Notes: generated by a model not told the origin, from the letters alone. Positions 1 through 10,074 are shown, numbered from the stretch's first letter. The stretch is 64,000 nucleotides of DNA from Thermofilaceae archaeon (GCA_038861545.1 JAWCCZ010000004.1:32001-96000); one strand, 5' to 3'. Numbers and translations: made by a program.

Positions 1-1
1 G

Positions 2-898
2 GCTTTTAGCGACGTACAAGTGGAGAAAGCTAAAGGGTTAGCCGTTAGGTTTGGAGGCAGGGCATACCCGAGTTGGCGCGAAATGCTTGAACGGGAGCAA
101 CTCGACGCCGTTTTCGTATGCCTGCCCCCTTTCGCCCATGAAGATGAAATTGAAGTTGCCGCTGAAAAGGGAATTCACATTTACATTGAGAAGCCTATAG
201 CGTTGGATATGGCTAAAGCTTGGAGCATGGTTCGCGCAATCGAAAAATACGGTGTAAAAAGCCAGGTCGGGTACCAGATGCGTTTTTCTCCCGCCGCTGA
301 GCGGGCAAAAGCAATCATAGATTCCGGCGCGGTTGGTAGAATAGGCATGGTAACTGGCTCTTATTGGTGTCGCTTTATACGCACAGACTGGTGGATCGAC
401 CGCTCTAAAAGCGGAGGGCAGATAGTTGAGCAGGCCACGCACCTCTACGATGCCTTAAGGTGGCTGTGCGGTGACGCGCGCAGCGTCTACGCTTTTATGG
501 ACAGGCTTTTCTGGAATGTCGAGGGTATGAGCATAGAGGATGCAAGCGGCGTTCTCATCCGGTTCAAGTCGAACGCAATTGGTTTAGTGTCCTCAACAAC
601 CGGTGCAGTACCCGATCAATGGTGGTTCAAGTGGTCTATAGTCGGTTTAGACGCAACCTTAGTATCAGACAACCCGGATGAAGTGACTGTTTACTACACC
701 TCCGACAAACCAGTCCGAGTTGAGACGTTTCGAGAACGGGGGCGAGACCCCATGTTGATGTCGGAGAAGAACTTTATCGATGCTATCCTCAAGGATCAGC
801 CTACGAGAACCCCAATCATCGAAGGGGCGAAGACCCTGGAGCTAACTTTGGCTGCTGTAAAGTCCGCTGATACTGGTAAGCCTGTAGACATTGAATAA
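2..898 (+). CDS. Gfo/Idh/MocA family oxidoreductase (5' end probably outside window)
   Basis: LDAVFVCLPP..H, IYIEKP motif, VGYQMRF, SGGQIVEQATH; frame is open upstream of the called GTG to the window edge. Confidence 0.9.
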   Translation, partial: AFSDVQVEKAKGLAVRFGGRAYPSWREMLEREQLDAVFVCLPPFAHEDEIEVAAEKGIHIYIEKPIALDMAKAWSMVRAIEKYGVKSQVGYQMRFSPAAERAKAIIDSGAVGRIGMVTGSYWCRFIRTDWWIDRSKSGGQIVEQATHLYDALRWLCGDARSVYAFMDRLFWNVEGMSIEDASGVLIRFKSNAIGLVSSTTGAVPDQWWFKWSIVGLDATLVSDNPDEVTVYYTSDKPVRVETFRERGRDPMLMSEKNFIDAILKDQPTRTPIIEGAKTLELTLAAVKSADTGKPVDIE

Positions 899-950
899 CT
901 ACTCAAAACCACCGGCTGATACCTGTTCCAATGTATAGAGGTGAACCTGA

Positions 951-2021
951 ATGAATAGCCGAGAGAATTACCTACGTGCAATAGATTTCAAGTATCCAGA
1001 GAGAATTCCGGCAATTATCAGCGTCTTCTGGCCAGTGTGGAACACTCACCGTGAAAGCCTAGAGAGAATAGCTGAGCAGTATGAGTGCCTCTTTCCCGGC
1101 TTCCATAAGGGTTTGATACCCTATGAGGTAGAGAGAGGGGTAATATACGAGAAGAGAGTTTTTACAGATCCTTTTGGTTGCACATGGCTCTTTAATGTAA
1201 GAGGATACCAAGGTCTAGTGGTTGGACATCCTCTTGAGAACTGGTCCGCGTGGAATAGTTACAGTTTTCCAGACCCGGACAAAGGGTTGCCCATAGAGGG
1301 GGGAGGATTAATTCCATGGGAGCAAGTTTACGAGAGCATGGATCAGGCGAGAGAGGTAGGGGGGCCTGTGGTTGCGGGGATGCCGCATGGATTCTTTTTT
1401 CAACGCCTGTACTACTTAAGGGGTTTTACAAATCTATTGAAAGACTTCGTCCGTAAGCCGCCGCAAATATACGAGTTAATTAACACGCTAGCAGAGTATA
1501 ACTTGGAACTGGTTGACCGTCTTCTCAAGTACCCCGGAGTAGACGTAGTAAGCTTTGGCGATGACTTAGGTACGCAAACGCGCATGCCGATCAGCCCCTC
1601 AATGTTCAGAGAGTTTATTTTCCCTACGTACCGTTTAATATTCTCCAGAGTTCGGTCGAGGAATGTTAGAGTTAAACTGCACACGGATGGACACGTCGTT
1701 GAAGTCTTTGATCAGCTATTAGAAACTGGAGTAAATATACTCAACATACAGGATCGGGTAAATGGGCTTGAAAATGTTGTCCGGTTGAGAAATAAGGTGT
1801 GTGTCGAGCTCGATATCGATAGGCAGCGCTTGATCCCGCTGGGGACTCCGATTGATATCGAAATGTATGTAAGAAAGGTTATCGATCTGCTTGGATCGGA
1901 GAAAGGGGGGCTTATGCTATACGCTGAAGTTCATCCCCCAACGCCTCTGGAGAATATCGTGGCATTAGCTGAGGCATTGATGAAGTATACGAGACTTACC
2001 TTCAAGAAAGCTTACCAATAG
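951..2021 (+). CDS. Uroporphyrinogen decarboxylase (URO-D/MtaA-CmuA) superfamily protein
   Basis: DPFGCTW, LRGFTNLLKD, FGDDLGTQ..PISP.MFREF, LHTDG and terminal HPPTPLENI motifs. Confidence 0.8.
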   Translation: MNSRENYLRAIDFKYPERIPAIISVFWPVWNTHRESLERIAEQYECLFPGFHKGLIPYEVERGVIYEKRVFTDPFGCTWLFNVRGYQGLVVGHPLENWSAWNSYSFPDPDKGLPIEGGGLIPWEQVYESMDQAREVGGPVVAGMPHGFFFQRLYYLRGFTNLLKDFVRKPPQIYELINTLAEYNLELVDRLLKYPGVDVVSFGDDLGTQTRMPISPSMFREFIFPTYRLIFSRVRSRNVRVKLHTDGHVVEVFDQLLETGVNILNIQDRVNGLENVVRLRNKVCVELDIDRQRLIPLGTPIDIEMYVRKVIDLLGSEKGGLMLYAEVHPPTPLENIVALAEALMKYTRLTFKKAYQ

Positions 2022-2075
2022 TTGATCTATTCAACTAGCTGTATCGTCGGCTAACGAGGCGTGATTAAAGTACAC

Positions 2076-2081
2076 TTTAAA
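2076..2081 (+). promoter_or_regulatory. TATA box for the sRNA pair
   Basis: TTTAAA ~25 nt upstream of the predicted C/D sRNA 5' end. Confidence 0.5.
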
Positions 2082-2103
2082 TGGACCAAAAATTGATACT
2101 TAA

Positions 2104-2160
2104 TGGAATGAGGCACGTTCCCCATGCCTGATCGCTGAGGAGCGATAGGTAGACTGACCC
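2104..2160 (+). ncRNA. Box C/D guide sRNA
   Basis: Box C-like ATGAGG (2108), D' CTGA (2128-2131), C' CTGAGGA (2135-2141), D CTGA (2154-2157); 12-13 nt guides; GG/CC terminal pairs closing a K-turn. Confidence 0.65.
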
Positions 2161-2233
2161 GCCCTGCCCGCGCACCCGCTGGGACACGGTGAAGCCGCGT
2201 ATGAGTAAGCGGGCCGGCGGTAGGGCGACACCG
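2160..2233 (+). ncRNA. Box H/ACA pseudouridylation guide sRNA
   Basis: Lower stem CGCCCTGCC/GGTAGGGCG followed directly by ACA (2228-2230); pocket CGCGCA/CCGGC whose top is 14 nt from ACA; upper stem CCCGCT/AGCGGG; apical K-turn (GA / TAT-GA). Confidence 0.7.
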
Positions 2234-2343
2234 CCTACGTTGATACTGCTAGATTAATGTTTGGATTGAGATTAAAACGGAGCCTTAGCGGCCTTGACAA
2301 TTTCTGAAAAGGGTTCCCTTCTTTTTAAAAAATAAATATCTCT

Positions 2344-4551
2344 TTACATTACTAACGGCTCTACTTCAACTAAGATATTATGCGGTTCCAACCCTCTACG
2401 TAACACAGCCCGACCGCGAATCCCTCGACGGAACCAGGCTAGCTCGCCTGAACCCAGCGCCATGTAGATTTGGGTCATGGACACATAGTCGGGATCGCTA
2501 TGGCTTAGAGCAAGCTTCCAGCCAGCTGTCCTTCTGAAGCTTTCCGGCACATCCCCCCAGTCATGAGTAAGCAGTATCACGGCTAGTCCGAATTTTCTTA
2601 GCATCCTTGCCGTAGTAACCACCTCTGGTTCTAGGTAACCTTCAGGCGGTCTCATGAAGAGATGAGCTTCATCTACTATTAGGAGCCATCTTGGTTCGCT
2701 AAGGCCAAGCTTTAAGGCGTGGTCGCGCATTTGGGCTAGCGTCAAACCAAATGTGAACTGCTGTATTTCTAAAGGCATAGACTTATACTCACCTAAAGCA
2801 CTGCTACCCATGCAGAGCACTAGAGGGCGGTTCGCCTCAAGCAAGTAGCGCAAGCTAGTTACAGGTTTGCTGTAGTAGGGTTCTACACGTCTTAACTTCC
2901 ATGATAAACTAGAGTCTCTAGAATTTTGAATCAAGCTTACGAGATCCCTCACTCCGCTGTCTAAGCACCTTCGTAGGATTTCTACCTCGTAGTCGTTAAG
3001 CGGAGAAATGTACCTTATGGACTTCTCTAGATCCTCCAGCCTACACTCGAGCGGATCAATAGGTCTATCAGCTAGATCCACGATTTCGAAACCGTAGTAG
3101 TTTGCGAAAGCCCTGTATTCGCCTGAGGGATCAACTATAACTGGCACGATTCCCTGTTCAACAGCTCGAACTGCCAAAGCGCGTGCGGTAGTGCTTTTAC
3201 CTGAACCCATAGGTCCTACGATTAAACCATGAACGTTCTCCAAGGCGTCAATTTCCAGATATACTTTCTCGCTTTTACGTGTACCGCGACCCAGATAGAT
3301 AGCTCTAGGCGTTCTACGGGTAGCCGCTCTAACGAAGGCATAAGGTGACAGCCATGCAAGCTGGCTGCTAACTTGAAGGGAGGAGTTTGATCCTCCCGGC
3401 AACCCTAAAATTGCCCTGGCCAACTGTAAAACAGCCTTCCTACCAAATAAAGAATTGACCTGAAAGCTTTGCTTAAGTCCAATCGATTCAAGCCTCCATA
3501 CAGGTCCTTTTGAGAAAAATTCTACCCTAAATGGCATCTGTCCTTCTTCAACTGCTCTGTAAATCTTGAATACTGCAACCGCCTTAAATTCGTCGCTTAG
3601 CTTGCTAGCTCCAGCTCGGCCAGCTTCCAACACTTCTAAAGCCTTAGAGGCTTTAGCTTGAAGCTCTGCAAGATCCTGAGGAATTACTAAGGCTACTATG
3701 GGTTCCTCGTATTGTGTGAAAAGTCTCTGAAGAATCCTTAAGCTCGACCCAAGGCTCCCAGCTTCAGGAATATCATTGGTCAGGGAGCTTAGAGAAATCA
3801 GTGGCATAAAACGTAAAACTATTCTTCCGCCTTTGACAAGCTTAAGTTCTTCGAAGATTATTGGAATAGGAATTAAAATAATTAAGATAAGCCCGGGAGC
3901 TAGAAAGTAGAGTAAAATGAGTGTTAAGAGATTTGAGAGAAGAACGTAGGGTAATGTGAACCCGTAGTTGCTCTCCTCTAAAGAAACTAACTCGGGGAGA
4001 ACTTCTGAGGGATTAACTAGAGATGTATATACACCGTAAACAGTAAGTCGTCGCCTGATCTCGGATACAAGCTGGGAAAAACTACTTATCATTGCGTTTA
4101 AATCTTCTTTATAGATCGCATTTATTTTCAGGTAGTAACTATAATTTTCCCGGCGAGGGAGCGCGATCACGTTGAAAGTTGTATTAGGAATATGTAAAGC
4201 GGATATAACTCTGGAAGCTTCTTCGCCGAGCTTGATATCGCTGTCGTGGAAATCTATATCTATAACTTTTAAGAATGAACTTAATATGCAGAAATTTCTT
4301 TTCTTAAATGATATTATTACATAGTTTTTCTTAAAAATAAGTTTATCTAAATTTAATAAAAGTAAAGCCCTCTCCCCGTAGAGGATCTCTATTAATGTTT
4401 CCCTGTTCACATAAATAAAATAAAAACCAAATAAAGTAGCTAAAAAGGTTAAGGGAACAGGCGTACCGGAGGCAAGGGCTAAGAGCATCGCTAGCATTAA
4501 AGCGAAAAACAGGAGCATTTTTTCAAAGCCGGGCAAGTACATAAAAATCAC
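2344..4551 (-). CDS. Membrane-anchored VirB4/HerA-like ATPase (CedB/TedB-like)
   Basis: N-terminal TM segments; Walker A GPMGSGKST, IVDPSGEY, Walker B LIVDEAH, RKFG arginine finger; last gene of the CedA/pilin run. Confidence 0.8.
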   Translation of the reverse strand: MIFMYLPGFEKMLLFFALMLAMLLALASGTPVPLTFLATLFGFYFIYVNRETLIEILYGERALLLLNLDKLIFKKNYVIISFKKRNFCILSSFLKVIDIDFHDSDIKLGEEASRVISALHIPNTTFNVIALPRRENYSYYLKINAIYKEDLNAMISSFSQLVSEIRRRLTVYGVYTSLVNPSEVLPELVSLEESNYGFTLPYVLLSNLLTLILLYFLAPGLILIILIPIPIIFEELKLVKGGRIVLRFMPLISLSSLTNDIPEAGSLGSSLRILQRLFTQYEEPIVALVIPQDLAELQAKASKALEVLEAGRAGASKLSDEFKAVAVFKIYRAVEEGQMPFRVEFFSKGPVWRLESIGLKQSFQVNSLFGRKAVLQLARAILGLPGGSNSSLQVSSQLAWLSPYAFVRAATRRTPRAIYLGRGTRKSEKVYLEIDALENVHGLIVGPMGSGKSTTARALAVRAVEQGIVPVIVDPSGEYRAFANYYGFEIVDLADRPIDPLECRLEDLEKSIRYISPLNDYEVEILRRCLDSGVRDLVSLIQNSRDSSLSWKLRRVEPYYSKPVTSLRYLLEANRPLVLCMGSSALGEYKSMPLEIQQFTFGLTLAQMRDHALKLGLSEPRWLLIVDEAHLFMRPPEGYLEPEVVTTARMLRKFGLAVILLTHDWGDVPESFRRTAGWKLALSHSDPDYVSMTQIYMALGSGELAWFRRGIRGRAVLRRGLEPHNILVEVEPLVM

Positions 4552-4569
4552 TTGAGCTTTAGTTACCGG

Positions 4570-7500
4570 TTATGTCAACTCATGTTGCAATTCTTGGAGG
4601 AGGTTTTCACCTAACTCCCTAAGTTTACATGCGCTATCGCATAAACTTAAGAGCACGGCATCAAGTGATTGTATAATGTTCACCATGTCGTAGAGGTCTC
4701 TGAATAGCAGCTTTGACCTATATTCATAAGCCTCAATGCGAATAGCTCGGACTTTCTCTTCAACTTCTCTTGATATACGAACAGCTTCCTCCACGGTTTT
4801 GTAGACCTTCATTGTTTCTCTACGTTCGTAATCCCTAAGAGCCGGCGAGTGCCACGGTTGAAGCGGAATCATATAACAGTTTAAAAATTTCATAGCCTCT
4901 CCAAGGTTTTTAGCAGCCGCTACGCCTTCTCGACAGGCTCTAGCGACAAAGCGGCCGAAAACTGAGTATAATTCGTCAAAGGACTTCTCTAAACTTAGGC
5001 GAAATATCTGCTCGATTATCCATTGACCTCCACCTTCTTTAGATACTTTTGCTGATGCATATCCAAGCCAGTAAGGGTCTCCACTTAATATATAGAATTC
5101 CACGGCTTTCTTTGCGTCTACACCAGCTTTTTCGAAAGTTTTCCAAAAACCTTCAATAATTTTCAGTTCTTCACGAGATAAATAAAGTTCATTTACATCG
5201 TTGATAAAGAGCTGTAATGTCTCTAGAATACTATACAATTGGTCACTCTGTTTAACTTGATCCAGAGCCATTCTAAAACTTTTTAATAGTTTCTCGGTAC
5301 CGGGAGGTAATTCGCCCACAAACCAAGGTTTATGCCCCTTCATGGTCTCTTGAACTAATCTTAAAGCTAGGTAGCGCCAACTCTCTCCTTTTTCGAGCGA
5401 GGCAAGCCAGGTAACAGCGAGACTAAATCCAGTACCTAAAGTTTCGAGTAATTTCTCATCTACATTGACCTTGGAAAGCCCTGAGAACAACGCTGTTTTA
5501 ACTTCATCGTCCGGTCTGAATATTCCAAGTGAAGCTGAGTCGGCTACTCTTAGAGCAATTTCGGGTTTCTCGCTTAGCAATTTCAATGTCAGAGTGCTAG
5601 CGTTGCCTATAGCACATGTAACTAGCGCAACTCTCCATACAAGCTCCCCTACCTCCAGCTTATCTGGTTCTGTAACCAATGCAACTCGCATTACTGATGG
5701 GGGTACGGTTATCGTGGTAAGAGCTCTAAAAAATCTTTGTATATCCTTAGGTTTCGGTTTCCCTCCTTGAAGCACCGTTTTTGATATTATATCTGAATAA
5801 GTCTTTAGAGAATCGATCCCCCTACAGCCCCCCTTATTAAGTAAGCCTACCCTAGTGGGGATCATTGATGCAAGTTTCACCTCCTGTAAAGTTCTTTTTA
5901 CAAATTTTGAAGACAGTGGTGTTGCAAACGGCTTCATGTTAAGCATCCAGGCTACTGCGTATAGCATGTCGCTTGCCGCTAACAATTTACTACCAACTGG
6001 ATGAAGCAAAGCCGCGAATAGTCGCTCTTCGTCCCGGAGCAAGGGATTCGTAACTTTGAATGCTGCTCTCCGCAACAGCTCTCCAGCCATATATAGAATA
6101 AAAGGCAGGGGGTAGGATTGCCTATGTCTCCACATAAACCTCAACATAGATTTCCCTACATGCGTGATCCTACCTTTAGGTGAAGAATTGATAGTCGCGA
6201 GGGTGGCTCTGTGAAGTTCCTTTAACGTACGCATATTATCTTCTAACCTTTTTCTTAGATCATATAACTCGTAAAGGTGAGGGCCTACAGCCATGCGGGA
6301 TAAACTTCTTCCCCTCTTTGTATTAATTAACGATTCGATAAAACCCAGTGCTGCCCTACCAAAGTCCTCAAGCAGATGAATTGATTTACTCAGTGGAATT
6401 AGAGGAATAACTCCTTTTATTGCAGTACCGCCGAAAATCCAACTTAGCATGTCGACACCTACAAATGATGCAATTAACGCGCTAGCAATTAAAGCAAGGA
6501 GCGAGATTCCATTAATTATATCAAGGGTTTCTTCTTTAATCAAATTTACATATGAGGGCTGGATTATGTCCTCCAGTAAAGTATCATAAAATAGCCCTGA
6601 AACCACGGACTCATCGAGCACTGTAAAATTAGCTATAACCAATTCAGGCTCGCATGTGCCTATTCCGCTAACCAAGGGAAGAGGCACTGTAAAGGTTGAG
6701 GCACTGGACCCCGTAGTGATTGGTCCAACAATAGCTGGTCGAGTCACGTTTCCAAAATATCTGACATTAACAGTCACAGAAGCAACATTTGTTTTAGGCC
6801 ATAGACCTTGCGAATAGAGAAGACGTTTATTCCATAAAATAGCGTGAATTCCGGACTGGTTACCATATAGACACCGGTTAGTTTCCGGGTTAACCATTGA
6901 GAGAGGTAGAGAGGCGTTTAGCACTCGAGCATATTGATCAAACCACTTAATTGCCTCGATTCTAGAGTCGGAGAAGATAAAATATTTTCGTTCCACTTGA
7001 CAGCTGAAAGCTGGTATAACTTTTAGCTTTGAACCGTTAATTGTTATTTCGCTTTCACCAGCGTCTATGATTGTAGGTTTACCGTCCTGGCATATACCAT
7101 CTGCGTTAATATCACCTTCGATCCAGATGGTGACATCTGTAACTGTCACATTAAGAGAATCAACTGATCCTTTTTCACTCTCTGGGGAAAAATCGTCAAG
7201 GACTACGTTACTCTGTAGTATATTCACTAGGCCTATTCGTGGATCAGCTACACCCACTACTTCATGGTTTAACAAATAACCTCCAACGGGGTACCATGGT
7301 AGCGATTGCCCGTACCTTTCTGAGCCTTCGTAAAGGAAAAAGCCTCGGCCAACCCATACTCCCCAGCCCTTAGGTGGGCTACCGTTAAGCTGAGCATTAT
7401 CGCTAAAAGCTACAATACCTTTACTGACTTTTATGCACACTATCGTGCAATTCTTAGATGATGAGCAGAAGTTGCTCCATCGTAAAGCTCCTTCCTCAGT

Positions 7501-8436
7501 GTCAATTGCCTGAGCTGAGAATTCAATAGGAAAATTACAAGGTTTCACATGGAAAGTGATACCTTCAAATGGCACGCTCAACCCGGAATAATATAATCCG
7601 ATTACCTCGTACTGGTCCACATACTCCATATAAGGCACGCCCGCCTGTCTCGCTGCTATACGACCGCTCGAGCTTCTATATACTATGATAAAACCCGGTG
7701 GCGCTTTAACACTTAACTCCTTAACGTTAAGTGTCGTGCTTAAACTCACGACTGGTACTGTTAGTTCGACTTCAAATTTTAATATTCCAATTTCCTTTAC
7801 TACTTCTTTTACAGGCTTGGGCTTCACGGCTATTGCGATACAGTTAAGCACAAGAGGTATCAGCAGTCCAAAGCCTACTCCGAGGGCCACCAATGTTGCT
7901 CCGAATCTTCTCGTAGTCCGGGAAACTAGGAAAACGCCACCAGTTGTAATGAGGAGTGGATATAAAAAATCTCCTAGATCGGCCACTACCATGTAAACCT
8001 GGCCGATGAATCTAAATACTTGTAAAGAGAATAAAGATGCGTTAAGGATAGAACTTATAGTATTTATGCCTGCATATGATAGCGAAGCTATTAAAGCTAT
8101 TGTGCCCCCACTCATTATAGATGAAATCAAAACAACAGATAAAATAATAGAATTAAGAGTAGAAAAAGCCAGTGCTCTTTGAATATTTACAGACATTGCT
8201 TCTTCGCATGATTGTACCGCTTCCCTACCGAGCCTTCTTGTCAATTCACTGGAAAGAATAGAAAAATCAACTCCAGCTAGACTGGCAACAATTTCTGCAA
8301 TATTGAGAGTTGTTAAAACTACAGCTAAAACAAAGTAGCCTACTGCAACAGTTAAACGATCCTGCTCTTTTCTATATCTCCAGGCTATAAATGCTGCTTC
8401 CGCTAAAAGTACATAGCCTAGTATGTTTTTCCACAT
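4570..8436 (-). CDS. Giant CedA/VirB6-like membrane protein with large extracellular insert and long helical C-terminal tail
   Basis: Multi-TM N-terminus with motif LITTGGVFLVSRTTRRFGATLVALG matching the neighbouring CedA-like gene; beta/Cys/NxS-T-rich middle; further TM near aa 640-670; ~600 aa helical tail. Confidence 0.6.
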   Translation of the reverse strand: MWKNILGYVLLAEAAFIAWRYRKEQDRLTVAVGYFVLAVVLTTLNIAEIVASLAGVDFSILSSELTRRLGREAVQSCEEAMSVNIQRALAFSTLNSIILSVVLISSIMSGGTIALIASLSYAGINTISSILNASLFSLQVFRFIGQVYMVVADLGDFLYPLLITTGGVFLVSRTTRRFGATLVALGVGFGLLIPLVLNCIAIAVKPKPVKEVVKEIGILKFEVELTVPVVSLSTTLNVKELSVKAPPGFIIVYRSSSGRIAARQAGVPYMEYVDQYEVIGLYYSGLSVPFEGITFHVKPCNFPIEFSAQAIDTEEGALRWSNFCSSSKNCTIVCIKVSKGIVAFSDNAQLNGSPPKGWGVWVGRGFFLYEGSERYGQSLPWYPVGGYLLNHEVVGVADPRIGLVNILQSNVVLDDFSPESEKGSVDSLNVTVTDVTIWIEGDINADGICQDGKPTIIDAGESEITINGSKLKVIPAFSCQVERKYFIFSDSRIEAIKWFDQYARVLNASLPLSMVNPETNRCLYGNQSGIHAILWNKRLLYSQGLWPKTNVASVTVNVRYFGNVTRPAIVGPITTGSSASTFTVPLPLVSGIGTCEPELVIANFTVLDESVVSGLFYDTLLEDIIQPSYVNLIKEETLDIINGISLLALIASALIASFVGVDMLSWIFGGTAIKGVIPLIPLSKSIHLLEDFGRAALGFIESLINTKRGRSLSRMAVGPHLYELYDLRKRLEDNMRTLKELHRATLATINSSPKGRITHVGKSMLRFMWRHRQSYPLPFILYMAGELLRRAAFKVTNPLLRDEERLFAALLHPVGSKLLAASDMLYAVAWMLNMKPFATPLSSKFVKRTLQEVKLASMIPTRVGLLNKGGCRGIDSLKTYSDIISKTVLQGGKPKPKDIQRFFRALTTITVPPSVMRVALVTEPDKLEVGELVWRVALVTCAIGNASTLTLKLLSEKPEIALRVADSASLGIFRPDDEVKTALFSGLSKVNVDEKLLETLGTGFSLAVTWLASLEKGESWRYLALRLVQETMKGHKPWFVGELPPGTEKLLKSFRMALDQVKQSDQLYSILETLQLFINDVNELYLSREELKIIEGFWKTFEKAGVDAKKAVEFYILSGDPYWLGYASAKVSKEGGGQWIIEQIFRLSLEKSFDELYSVFGRFVARACREGVAAAKNLGEAMKFLNCYMIPLQPWHSPALRDYERRETMKVYKTVEEAVRISREVEEKVRAIRIEAYEYRSKLLFRDLYDMVNIIQSLDAVLLSLCDSACKLRELGENLLQELQHELT

Positions 8437-8437
8437 G

Positions 8438-9238
8438 TTAAACCCTCAGTCTAGCTATTAGTGACTCGGGTAAGCCACCAGCAGCGGTAACGGCTCCGAT
8501 ACTTAAGGCCGCGGCTACAGTAGTGGAAAGCGTGAACCACGCTACGCAATCTCCCATTGCTTTAGCATCGTTTATTACTTCTTCTACCGCCCCTGCAAAA
8601 TATTGCGCTATCCCTGCAATCGGGATTCCAATGTACTTGAACCTTAACTCAGCAGCTGCACTATTCAAGTAGGGCGCGGCTACACCTACATAGACCTGGA
8701 GAGTAACAATACTAATCGCTAATGTAGGGCCTACCCTTTTAAACCTACTTATTCCTGTTAATACGATACCTAGGCTAGCTAGCGGTGAACCATAGATAGA
8801 ACAGAGGCGCGAGGCAACAAGGAGCGCTGTGCTGACCGTCATTAGGTATGTAGCGAAAAAATTTGCTAGGCTGCAAGCTGCATGCCATGTAGCAGCTAAA
8901 GGAGCCAATATACCAGTCAATGTAATATCTCGGGCTACATTAGCTAAATCCATTACGTAAGTCGTGTACCTATCCCTCGTTTGAAGGCAAAGTTGCTCAG
9001 CTTCAGCTGGGGATACTGAAAATATACCAAAAGCCGAAAGTATTATCTGTGAAGAAAGCAGAATAGCAGCCAGGATAAGGCCTAAAACCGCACTTTCAAA
9101 GGCATCGTATATTGTGACAAACCCTTTAGCTTTAATCTGTGGTGAAGGATTACTCAAGAGCCATGCTCCATAGAGTACCTCTATTGCAATGAAGGCGAAT
9201 GTAAAACCATATGCTGTCAAATCTATGCTGACTACCAT
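8438..9238 (-). CDS. CedA/TedA (VirB6-like) DNA-transfer channel protein
   Basis: 266 aa, ~6 TM; GAWLLSNPSPQIKAKG..IYDAFESAVL and LGIVLTGISRFKRVGPTL resemble conserved CedA segments; lies between a pilin and a VirB4-like ATPase. Confidence 0.7.
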   Translation of the reverse strand: MVVSIDLTAYGFTFAFIAIEVLYGAWLLSNPSPQIKAKGFVTIYDAFESAVLGLILAAILLSSQIILSAFGIFSVSPAEAEQLCLQTRDRYTTYVMDLANVARDITLTGILAPLAATWHAACSLANFFATYLMTVSTALLVASRLCSIYGSPLASLGIVLTGISRFKRVGPTLAISIVTLQVYVGVAAPYLNSAAAELRFKYIGIPIAGIAQYFAGAVEEVINDAKAMGDCVAWFTLSTTVAAALSIGAVTAAGGLPESLIARLRV

Positions 9239-9283
9239 AGCAATCGTAATTATAAACAGTTAAAAGATTATTTATAATTATCG

Positions 9284-9667
9284 TCACGGCTGCATGAATA
9301 TTTCGTTCCAACTAACAGTGAAAGGAGTTCCTTGAGGTAATAGGCCTATTGACACTAGTATGTCAGGTAGCCAGGCTACTAAGGCTAGAGAAAGCAACCA
9401 AAATATTGGACCTTCTAGGGTTTCGTAAAGGTCTCTGAGAGCACTACCCGAGTACACGCCACCGACTTGCTTTTTAAGTCCAGCTATCGCCGCTCGTATT
9501 AGTGAAGCTAGGAAAACTAATAAACCTGTTATTGTTATTGCTAATTTAATAGTTAGAATTGCGTAGCTTTGTAAAGCGTTAATATTTACAATGGGACCTT
9601 GGGCTTGAATAAGAGGTAAAGTAAACAAAACAAATACAACAAAAACTGCAATTATATTGCCTTTCAT
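9284..9667 (-). CDS. VirB2-like pilin (TedC/CedA1-like)
   Basis: Sec-type signal peptide (..PLIQA|QG) followed by two hydrophobic helices joined by a basic loop; directly upstream of the CedA-like gene. Confidence 0.6.
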   Translation of the reverse strand: MKGNIIAVFVVFVLFTLPLIQAQGPIVNINALQSYAILTIKLAITITGLLVFLASLIRAAIAGLKKQVGGVYSGSALRDLYETLEGPIFWLLSLALVAWLPDILVSIGLLPQGTPFTVSWNEIFMQP

Positions 9668-9692
9668 AATAATTAAATAGAGGTATTATATT

Positions 9693-10064
9693 TTAATTTT
9701 TCGATTGTTCTACAGGCATTATTTCCACGCAGTTCTTCTCGTTGCTGTAAAATATTCTCAACCGCACTCTACCTTTCGGTAAGGTATTTACACCTGTGTC
9801 TTTGCAAGCCTGATAGACCTTAATAGATAACCCGCATTCTTCTGAATATAATAAGATTGTATCCCCCTTCAATATATCTATCTTGGGTAAATCGTACACG
9901 TCGGTTATAGTACCTCTATTAATGGAAATGTATAGAAGGTCCCTTGACAATCTCCTGATATCTATGCATTTATCGTCTAATCTAAGGCTGAGCGCGTTAA
10001 TGGAGCTAATGGTGATACATACCATTGAAACCATGAAAACAATAAATAGAATTGCTTTCTCCAT
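9693..10064 (-). CDS. Pilin-like protein, N-terminal TM
   Basis: N-terminal hydrophobic helix plus small Cys-containing beta domain; in an array of similar genes. Confidence 0.55.
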   Translation of the reverse strand: MEKAILFIVFMVSMVCITISSINALSLRLDDKCIDIRRLSRDLLYISINRGTITDVYDLPKIDILKGDTILLYSEECGLSIKVYQACKDTGVNTLPKGRVRLRIFYSNEKNCVEIMPVEQSKN

Positions 10065-10074
10065 TTAACCACCT

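Noticed and set aside
2209-2220. GCGGGCCGGCGG as an attR copy of the tRNA-Arg 3' end
   Set aside because: Only ~10/12 GC-rich identity, and the sequence is explained by the H/ACA stem; no T-arm duplication
2100-2240. RNase P or SRP RNA
   Set aside because: Too short and lacks their conserved motifs; C/D and H/ACA signatures fit better
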